Shown in pieces: positions 53,222 through 63,158 of a stretch of 63,158 bases of DNA. The stretch is from Octopus bimaculoides (lineage: Eukaryota), in contig NC_068994.1 in the NCBI RefSeq assembly GCF_001194135.2, positions 53,541,231 to 53,604,388 of the forward strand, written 5' to 3'. Under the pieces are notes generated by a model that saw only the letters and a program-made list of their open reading frames with translations, searched no databases and had not been told where the DNA came from. Within the stretch, counting starts at the first letter, position 1. Every line of letters begins with the position of its first letter. Position numbers and translations under genes: made by a program.

Positions 53222-55214
53222 TGAGAGAGAGAGAGAGAGAGACAGAGAGAAATAAGAGAGGAATGAAATGATCTAAATAAAACTCTACATGTTCTAATTA
53301 AAATAATTTCCCAGGACCATGGGTGGGTATCGAAGAAGAGGATTACCTATAAATTGAAATAACTAACCATAATGCTATTTCAGATCTTGTAGAGTAAATG
53401 TTGCTATGGTTTATGGTTGTGGTAAGGTATTTTGTTGGTTGATAATAATGTATATTGTGGTAGAAGTAATGATGTTGGTGTTTATAGTTGATGTTCTCTT
53501 CCTTTGGACCATGGGAAATATGGGAATTAAAAAGGACATTTTGTTGTATAATTGTTGTTATTACCATCATCATCATCATTTAAAGTCTGCTTTTCAATGC
53601 TTACATGAACCAGACAGCATTTGTTCAAACAAATTTACTATGGCTAGAAGCCATTCCCATCACCAACTCTCACATGTTTCCACATAAAATAATATTTCCC
53701 ATATTTTTTCCCCCATAGCTAGGCATGTTTATTGCAGAAGACTGGAAACAAAGAAAATTTACTTGCATCACAATGATACTCATTTAAGACCATCACAAGA
53801 TGTCTAGAGAAGGGTACACACAGACAGACAAACAGACAGGCTGACACACACGCGTGCAAACATATGTATATAAATATTGGGCTTCTTTCAGTTTCCATCA
53901 ACCAAATCCATTTACAATGCTTTGACCCAGAGCTATAGTAGAAAACACTTGCCTAAGGTACTGCACAGTGGGACTGGACTCAAGACTACATGGTTGAAAA
54001 GCAGCCTTTTTAACTACCTTTCGTATGTGTATGCTGTGTATATGCTCCAAAATTTGTAACTGAAGCATAAAGAAGAAGAAAAAGGAAAGGATAAAAAGAA
54101 AAGAAGTAAAAGTATTCAAGGAAGAAATACAGTACTTATGTGTATGTAAATGTGAGTGTATATGTATGTAAGTGTTCATCTTTGTTAGTTTTTTTTTTTT
54201 CTTTGGATAGGCAGGTGACTTTTCAAGAAGTCACCAAGACAAAAAGACTGACCTGTTAAAAGACTTTTTGCCATACAAAGGGAACTTAAGCACATAACTA
54301 ACAGACCTGACCTCTGCATGTTCTAGCATGTTCATTCAATCTAGTCTACTTCAACTTAACTTTTTGCAGTATTTGATTTGTAACACTATCACCAGCAACA
54401 ACACCAGTACCACCACTGCCTTCACTACATCACACCACTCCTGTAAGAATGTGTGTGTGTGTGTTCGTGCACGCGTGTGTGTGTGTGGTGGAGGTTAGCG
54501 TGGTCCAGCCTGACTGGGGCCTATGGAATTTAGGTTGGCTGAAATTGTGTTTTGAAGTTATAAATCATTCAGGAACAAAGTAAAATAAAAAAAAAAGAAA
54601 TTCAGAAGTAAATGTTTGTTTGTACATGTGTGTGTATGCTTATGTGTTTGTGCTGTGTTGTGTGTGTGTGTGCATGTGTACATGCATGCCTATGTGTGCA
54701 TGTATGTGGTAGTGGTCATCAACTTGGTTTCAAGCATAACCACTTTCTCATTGCAGAGATATGCCAGTAACAAGTTTAATAGTTTTTCTGCCAGAGGGTT
54801 CGGTAGTCATTTGAGAAATGACTACCTAATCCTGATTTTGCTTTTAAATTTTTCTTGACAAATGGAGTGCATAATTTTTTCAAGAATCACGCTAACAGCT
54901 ACTCTGTCCTTGTGCATTAATCTAAAATGGATTTTCAGTCCTGTAGTAGATGGAAAAACATTTAAATGTAAAAGACAGTAGTGTACTGATGGGGTTTCTA
55001 CAAACCTAGTAAGATGGAACATATCAGAAAAGGATAACTGTAGATGCGAAAAAGTCATAGCATTGAAACATATTCTTTCCAACTGTTCACCATGAAAACA
55101 CAATCTGGTCCTTAAGGTCATCTCCAATGCTATAAAGAACCAAATTGCTCTCATCAACAGTAACAAAAAAAAAAAACCACTGAAGGAACCAACCAGAGAT
55201 TTCATTACCTTTGT

Positions 55215-55660
55215 ATGTTCAAGACAGCAGATTTGAATAAGAAACTTCCTGTGAGTGATAAAAAGTGGAACAGCTATTGGGAGGTGGCTGCAGATTTACC
55301 AGGATTCTTTCCCATTCCAGATACAAAGAAACCAGATATCATCATATGGTGTGAAAGAAAGAAAGTGATAAATCTAGTCAAGTTAACAGCGCCTCGTGAA
55401 GAGAACGTTGTTTGGGCTCAAAAGATTGACCACTAGGAAAACCTCCTTGAGGACTGTGAATGTGCAGGCTGGAAAGCAGAGCATTTTCCAATTGAAGTCA
55501 GATGTAGAAGATTCATTGGACACAGTGTGAGGTGACTGTTGTTATTGCTAGGCCTAACTCATCATAAAGCAAATACTACCATGAAGGATATTCAGACAAC
55601 AGTGGAAAAGGCAAGCTTCTGGATTTGTGAAAAAGAAATGATGAGCAATGACTAGAATAT
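55215..55660 (+). mobile_element. HERO-like non-LTR retrotransposon 3' fragment (restriction-like endonuclease)
   Basis: KPDIIIWCERKKVINLVKLTAPREEN...AGWKAEHFPIEVRCRRFIG...VEKASFWI matches the PD-(D/E)xK RLE C-terminus (RPDIV.WS...ELTVPWEE...GW....PVEVGCRGF...EKAS.WLW). Confidence 0.85.
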
Positions 55661-55702
55661 AGAGTGAAACCTCATGATCAGTTGATATAGCAAGCAGGGC
55701 CT

Positions 55703-55781
55703 CATTTCAGTGGTCTTTCATTAAGGACATGGTCAAGAACATTTCAGTGGTCTTTCATTAAGGACATGGTCAAGAACATTT
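55703..55781. repeat. Exact 37-bp tandem duplication
   Basis: CATTTCAGTGGTCTTTCATTAAGGACATGGTCAAGAA x2 (55703-55739, 55740-55776) plus CATTT. Confidence 0.95.
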
Positions 55782-56789
55782 ACACATATAAAAGAAGCAC
55801 CATCTCTTGTACGTGAAAAATACTTTAGTGTGATACATATATTTTGAACTTTGAATAGAACCTACTAAACTTCATAGCTGAAGTAGCTGCTCAAATATAC
55901 ATTAATATTGTTAGCTGTATCTAAGGACTATTTAATATTTGATATCAGTAAAAGCAAATATAATTTATCAAGATTGTTGTGTAACTTTGTAGAAGTAAAT
56001 ATGTATACATATTATATTTTATGTGTGCATATATGTTGTCGTTAGCCTTGGCTAAACCCTGATCAAGCTAAACCCTATGATCAAAACATACCTATCTTTA
56101 TGCATATCAAAAATTACGACATTGTTCAAGCAAGATGCGATTTGAGGGAAATTTGGCTGCTTTTTCTACCAGGCCAGATACTTAACATCTCAGATGACTT
56201 TGCTTCTCATTCTTCCAGTGTCAATGATATATATACCTGTCGAGTACTGTGTCAATCTAAAAAGTTATATTCTTTCTAAAGAAATCAAGACTTTGTACCC
56301 ATATTAGAAATCAATAATTCGAAAGTACAATCTATCCCACCTGAAAATACACCAAAATGTCTCTCTTATCAGTTAATCTATGAATAAATCATGTAGATTT
56401 TCTGCTGACTAATCTCTGTCTGTTGGGTCTTCTTCAATCCATTAATCTCTCTCTTAAGTGAGATTAACTGTTTCCTTCTTTAACTGTCATAAGGTCAGAG
56501 AGGTCAAGACAGCCTGCAATTAAAAACCAAACCTTCTTTGACAGGTTTTATGTTTCTTTCAAAACTAGCATTTTTTTTATCTCTTCTGTTTGAATATCAT
56601 GTGTTTCATAAGTCCATCAGTGTTTGGAATATAAAACATGCTTAAATACTTCCTTATTTATGAGATACCCTACATAGTAATAGCTGACCCAAATAATGAA
56701 ATGTCTGGTTGGATCCCTTCTACATCATTGATAATATTACACACCATCCAGGCTGAACCAAGGTATTTAGTTTCTGGCCTTATACCTCC

Positions 56790-57000
56790 ATTTAGTGAGG
56801 AGAGTGCAAAACATCATGAGCATATTTCCTCCATTTATCTCTGCTTGCTGTCGTTGTATTGAGTTCAGTCTGTTATGACATTGACACCTCTTTAAGATCT
56901 GGTTTCCCCATTTACCATTGGAGAATTCTCAGCTTCTCTTTCCTGATGTCACACCCTCCAGGCAAATCTTAGACAGACCACAAATTGAAAGCTTGATGTG
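56790..57000 (-). mobile_element. Degenerate RTE LINE C-terminus
   Basis: LSKICLEGVTSGKRS... and ASRDKWRKYAHDVL in minus frames. Confidence 0.6.
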
Positions 57001-58612
57001 ACCAAACAGTTTTAAGGAGTTGCTTTCAACTTTACTAAAAATTGGTTGTAGTTATGCCATTTCTCAAAGATTTAGTATTTTACTTTGCCAGTTAAGTATT
57101 TACATGCAATAAATCTCATGACATAGCTTCAAATACTTCAGTTTTTAAGTTGTTCTTTCAGGCCAGTTGACAAATCTAATCCATACATAAGTATAGAGAC
57201 AATGCAAATGTTATATATCTTAACTTTGATTTTAATTATTATTTGATTTGATTTCATAAAATGTTCTCTTTGAAAAATGTTGTTCTGTGATTGACAATAA
57301 TTTTGTCAGTAGGTGTTATAAGCATGACACAGTTCATTGGATCACAGATGTACTGTCCCCTCTCTCTGTCTATTTAACCACTGCTACAGCTTCAGCTCCT
57401 CTAAACTAGCTGTATACTACCTCAACTCAAGCCTACTCGATATCACTCCTACTACATCTCACCTCCTAGACCTGCAAAAACCAGTGGTCCCAGTCTTTAA
57501 CTTCCACAACTGTTACTTTCTGTCTATTCTCTCACTACCCAGTTTTTCCATTAGACTTCAAACCAAGTTAAAACTGAACATCACCTCCATTTATCAAATA
57601 GAAGAGTGTGCATAGAACTTAAGCTCTGCCACACCTTTTCCAACTAAATCATAAAAGAAAATGACTGCAACACTAACAAAGAAATGAGCATTTTCATTGT
57701 AGGTGTTTAGTTTCAGGTCAAGCCTTAACTCAACAGTAAGCCTCTTTCAAAAATGATCACTCAGTCTGCTAGAAATAATAGCCAAATCTCTGTGAAATTA
57801 GACTTTAACATCTTTAGATAGCAAAGTAGTAGAGTCATTAGAGCATCAGATTAAATGCTTTTTTATATTTATTTCAGCTCCTAGTGTTTTAAGTTCAAGT
57901 CCTATCAAGGTCGACTTTGTCATTCTTGCCTTTGAGATTAATGAATAAAGCAGAAATGTAAGGTGGTTTTGAAGACCATGAAAAGGATCTTGGGCACTGA
58001 AAAAAGAAGAAAGGGAGTGGAGAGATATTGGATAACATAATCCTTGCTAATGTAGTCTTATAAACATAATGAGCATTTGAACATTTGGTAACATCAACTC
58101 TTTCTGCTACTGCCTTCAAGGCAGACTCAGTGTGATTGCTTGACTTGTTAAAAATAGTAGCTAAATCTTCCCTCAGATCACAATTTATCGTCTTTAAAAA
58201 ATAATAGGAACATAACACAACATAGTTTGATCAATCAAATCTAATCATGGACTAAACAATAACAACAAATACAACAGGCTTGGAGAAGGTAACATGAGAA
58301 GTACTACAATGTATTATTCTTTCTATGAAAATGCAGCAAACCTCTTCAATATGTCATAAAGGTCACACATAAATTTATGATCAGGAATTTTGTGTTAGTT
58401 ATTTTATGAGAAAGCAATCTGAGCAGTGTTATGCAATTGCTATTACAACCTTATGAGGAAGGCAAAGGGTACAAAATAAGGAGGCAACAATGTAAAGAAA
58501 AAAAATATTATTTTTTGAGAATTGTGGTTTCCATTATTTCTATTGTATGACACACAGGAATATTTTAAAAGGAAGTAAAAAAAGAAAAAGAAAGAGAGAG
58601 GGGAGAGAGGGG

Positions 58613-58680
<68 letters not shown>

Positions 58681-59226
58681 ACATCCAATTCTTTGTCTTT
58701 TTTCTTTCTCATTAGATTGTGATAGATATTCCAAAGTCAGAATAGTCATGGATGCCTTTGATTTATAGGTCAGCTTTATTAGATCTCAACTTGTACAAAA
58801 TGATGAGGTAGAAAAACAAATAATTAATGTTGTTGAAACAACATAAATGACTGAAGAGAAACTGGTTCTCACATTGCTCTCACTGTTGTAGCAGAGGAAG
58901 CTCCTGAATAAATAAAACAAAATATAAGGGTATCCCGTAGATACCCATATATATAAATGTACATGTATGTACACATTTAGGTATGCAAGTAGGTTAGTAT
59001 GCATTCACTTTTTTTGTGCCCTGGAAACAAAGAAGTGAACGGTTTTTCATTTTCTACATACTCTGTAAATCAGGTAAGACAGGATGGTCATGGCTACAGT
59101 CCTTTGACCTTAGATCTGCTTTATCAGAGCTTGCCTAAGGCTAAACAATATCATTACCATGGAAGTTTGGAAGTAAAAAAATAAAATGCAAAAAAATAAA
59201 ACTTTTCATTTCTTAATAAATGTGCA

Positions 59227-59228
<2 letters not shown>

Positions 59229-59300
<72 letters not shown>
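59229..59300. repeat. (GA)n microsatellite
   Basis: Direct inspection; others at ~53190-53250 and 58615-58680. Confidence 0.95.
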
Positions 59301-59304
<4 letters not shown>

Positions 59305-59500
59305 TGATTGCGTCTATTCTTTGCAGGAGGGAAACATTTCTACACAGGAGGCATAAAAAGAGCTCACTGATGATACAAAAATGTCTTAGGGAAGTAAAAA
59401 TGGTGTGAGCGTGTGTGTGTTATGCAAGTTCTTATTATGTGACAATAAGAAATTAAAAAAGGTGTGCGTGTGTGTGTGTATGCGTGTATGTGTGTTTATT

Positions 59501-60040
59501 TATACTCAAGGTTTGATTATAAACTATCGGGACTGATGTTATAAAAAGAAAACTACAACATTTATCAATTCACCATTTAATCTCCTTTGAAGTTGTCCCC
59601 TTTTCAAGCTACACACTTTATCCAGTATCATTTCCATTGATGGAAGCATACCTGGAACTCCATTTTTTGGCTAATAAGCAACTGCTTTGTGGCATTCTCT
59701 TGGGTTTCCTTGACACCTTGAAAGCTTGTTGGGGTTTTCCACTGTGAAGACTGAGCCTTGGCTTCAGAGTCATAGCCACAGACCAAGATTCATCACCTGT
59801 TATGACCACTTTCAAAAGTTTTCATCATCTCCGAAATCCAATTTCCTTTTCGAGATGACCACACTCAGCACACTTTACTTCCAAGCACTGCTATAAACTA
59901 CAGAAGTGAGCAAAACATTACAACATAGTGTGCACGTGCATCAGAGTTCAAGGTCAATCTGTGCCAAACAGCTTCAGTCTGCATTCTTTAGCTCCGTTAC
60001 CATAGCACCTGTCCCAATACTTTTGGATCAGACCTCATAC
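59501..60040 (-). mobile_element. Internally deleted mariner element
   Basis: Imperfect TIRs (caaggtttgattataaactatcgggac / gtcccaatacttttggatcagacctcata); transposase remnants VITGDESW and EFQVCFHQWK..W.KCVA..GDNFKGD*. Confidence 0.82.
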
Positions 60041-60049
60041 ATATATGTG

Positions 60050-60088
<39 letters not shown>

Positions 60089-61005
60089 CTATTCTATTTT
60101 ATATATATATGTAAATACACATATACATAAGTATATATATTTGTATATTTGTGTGTGTGTGGATATATTTATATACACACATATATATGCACACACACAC
60201 ACACATGGAATAATTGCTAAGTGCTATTAATTTCACAACTGAATGCTCATCATTGATGCACATACATAACATATAGGGGATTCCCCATCAGTCTCAACGG
60301 TGAGCATTCACTCATGAAATTTACGTGTTAGCTAAGTATTAGACATGTACACTCAACGTAAATCTCCAGCCAAATCAACATGATTCAATGACAGAGTTTC
60401 ATTTTTGAATTACAAAATACATGTAATTCTGAAAGGAAAAGAGGATAATATAGACCTTAATATTGACATTGCTTTATTCATTAATCCTGAATGGATGAAA
60501 GGCAATGTTGACCTCAGCAGGATTTTACATCAGAAACACAGAGAGCAAGAATGAATATCACAATATTCAATGTTCTACTGACTTAGCAAATGGGCCTTTT
60601 CACACACACACACACACTCATTTGCATTCATCAGGACTGTCGCTAAGCCCCTGCAACCCCTGAGGCCGCAGGGGGCCTCCACAATTGAGTTATTTAACCC
60701 AAAATCAGTTCTAATCCACCTGTGTGATTTTGAAAGTGTATGTGTGTGTGTGCGCGCGTGTGCAAACCCTTGGTCAACCCATTATTGAAGGATGTGACTA
60801 TCCTGTTGTTTATTCAATGTTTCAAGTTCTGGATTTTCCTGTATGGCCATCCCACACACACAAGAAGATTCATTGCGTCACTACTCTGAGTTTCTTGCTC
60901 AGAGAAACTTTGGGTAGCGATTGAACTAATCATCTGCTTCGGGCGAATAAACCCTACATGTTTATCAATACAATATCAATACTTTCCCTCCCGTTTTATA
61001 ACCAA

Positions 61006-61040
<35 letters not shown>

Positions 61041-61401
61041 CGTGCGTGCGTGTGTATGTGAGTATGATAGAGAGAGAGAGAAGAAAGTGAGAGAAGGGGG
61101 GAGTGAGTGTATATGCGTGTGCGCGTGTGTTCGTATGTATATACGTGTGTATTTGTGAGTGTTGCGTGCGTGTGTTTACATATATGGATATGTCAGCGAG
61201 CGTAAGAAACCACGTGTGGAGCGGATTTGTCATTAACTGTCAGTAGTGTCACGGTTCAATTTTAGACTTGCGGGTGTTCTTAGAGTACCCGGCTTTACAG
61301 GGGGGAGAAAAAAATACTAGTAGTGACTGTCATCTTAGTCATTCACTCAGTCACCATAAGAGTTCTTATACTCTGTTGGTGGATATTATCCGTACCCTGT
61401 A

Positions 61402-61411
61402 ATGTCAGCAG
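61402..61411 (+). CDS. Putative initial micro-exon (M-S-A + phase 1) of a third gene running out of the window
   Basis: ATG TCA GCA G followed by a consensus CAG|GTAAGT donor at 61412, in a CpG-retaining patch with Inr-like TCAGT motifs upstream; no downstream exon seen. Confidence 0.35.
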
Positions 61412-61791
61412 GTAAGTGGTGTTTATATTATTACAGTAGTTTTGTATCTTATATCTCATAAACAGTTATCTCAGTTGAGAAAACATTGTAACATTTCTTA
61501 GCATTTCTCTTGATTCTTAACTTTAAGACGTCACTTTCACTTTTTGTTGGTCAGTAGTTAGTGTTGTTTTAGGGCGGCCGGTGAAGAATTTCTTCTCCAC
61601 TACACACTTTTTTTTCTGAAATCATGCCTCTGGCCAACTTGCTTGTCTTCGGCTGGAATATTTTTTACGTTGTTGTTCATTTGTGTGTGTGTGTGTTTAT
61701 ACATGCATATGTGTACGCGTGTGTGTATAGGATCGTTTGTAGAAATGCATAAATCTGGAGGAGAAGCACACACTAAGATGTAGAGCAATTA

Positions 61792-61880
61792 ATATTATAG
61801 AGGGGTAGGCCGGTTTATGGGGTTACTCCGAGTGAGAACCCGGAGTAACCCCATAAACCAGCCTACCCCCACTATAATAT
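61792..61880. repeat. Near-perfect inverted repeat (hairpin), ~39/40-bp arms, 10-nt loop
   Basis: atattatagaggggtaggccggtttatggggttactccg-agtgagaacc-cggagtaaccccataaaccagcctacccccactataatat. Confidence 0.95.
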
Positions 61881-63004
61881 GTGTGTATGTGTGGCAATTT
61901 TTCAGTATTCATACATGACGTCATTCTAAAGTTTTATGTGTCCGATAATTTACGAAAAAGTTTTTATTTTTATTTTTTTCATGGGCTGAGGATGAACCGA
62001 CATTGTCTTTGATCTGCATGAGTGCTGAACAAACAAACACACACGCACGCGCGCGCGCTTTGCCTACGTATATATAAAACGACAACATCAATATCAAAAA
62101 TAAACAACAACGCAAAAGCTGATACACATCGAAAGTTAAGTGGCTGCAGGCACGACTTCACCGGCCGCTAAATGAAATGACACCAAACCGTTGGTTGGCA
62201 AAAGTGAAAGTAATACCCTAAATTCAAATATCGCCTTTCTTTTCAATGTTAACTTTATTAATGAATGCTTTTATCTTTGACCCGACCATGGAACAAGTCG
62301 CTATATCAATCGACCTATATCAATCGCTATATCAATCGACCTACTAGAATTCATAAAACTTCATTCTATCTCCTTAAAAAAAGGGACATGGTATACCTAA
62401 AAAGACGATAGGCAAGACAGGAACGTCTTCCTACCTAGGTCTGCTGAGTCAGTGCATATCTGGGATCACACAACAGCGATTTTTTAAACACTATCTACAT
62501 TTATTTAGTGTTGATAATATAAACGCAAGACCTGAAATTTGAAAAGTAGAGAGCAGTCGATTATGTCGACTCAGTACCTCTGAAAGCCAACCTCGGCGAA
62601 GCGGTTAGAGGCGTAACACTGGGTGTGCAGCATGTGCAGACCGCATAGGGTCACTATTTTATATACATGCATTTAGTGTAATCGAAAGTTAGGTTAATTA
62701 CTTCTTTAACACTTGGCCACCAGAAAAAAAAAAGAACAAGTGTAATAGGTGTAAAAAAAAAAAACGTGTGTTAAACGAATATGAAAACAAAAGGGTAAAT
62801 AAAAGTTTGCGCCAACGAACCGGGAGGTGGGGAGAGGACTTTCGGAAAATTCACAAGATCTGATTTTTCCCCTCATATCTTTTAGGAAAATAGCCGAAAA
62901 GGGATATCTTTTCATGAAATTTTGGTCAAACTAAAGCGTTTGACCCGAGCATAAAAGTAACAAAAACTTAGTGTAATAGGTGTAAAACAACTTGCTGTGA
63001 ATAT

Positions 63005-63009
63005 ATTTG

Positions 63010-63064
<55 letters not shown>

Positions 63065-63101
63065 GTATGTATATATATATATGTATATATATGTGTGTAT
63101 G

Positions 63102-63158
<57 letters not shown>
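63005..63158. repeat. (TA)n/(TATG) microsatellite running to window end
   Basis: Direct inspection. Confidence 0.95.

Noticed and set aside
58547-58768. RE-dipeptide ORF resembling an SR/RERE protein
   Set aside because: Translation of a (GA)n microsatellite
62299-62340. Triplicated CTATATCAATCG
   Set aside because: Local slippage at the 5' end of an (AAC)-tail repeat copy

Overview
AT-rich, repeat-dense animal DNA with six N-gaps. Its microsatellites, SINEs and LINEs look like a draft cephalopod (Octopus-type) assembly; this is inferred from repeat style. Two protein-coding genes lie head-to-head. The first is a complete 11-exon syntaxin-18 (STX18) on + (26315-39010, 999 nt CDS, 332 aa, all introns GT-AG, frame-consistent). 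The second is the first coding exon of a FAM184-family coiled-coil gene on - (20418-20260), whose later exons I could not find in the window. A possible first exon of a third gene (ATG TCA GCA G|gtaagt) lies at 61402-61411. The rest is transposon debris: RTE-clade LINEs (one with a PHD finger inside the RT, one with a C-terminal C2H2 finger), a HERO-type RLE fragment, a probable Penelope relic, mariner and hAT-like MITEs, and tRNA-derived SINEs (two with clear TSDs, two head-to-tail stacks). The most unusual elements are a 626-bp MITE with perfect 28-bp GG-TIRs, an 8-bp TSD and an internal (CCCTAA)n tract, and an ~89-nt GC-rich hairpin. No prokaryotic-type system, CRISPR array or convincing novel gene system was found. 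All calls are by eye, without database searches.
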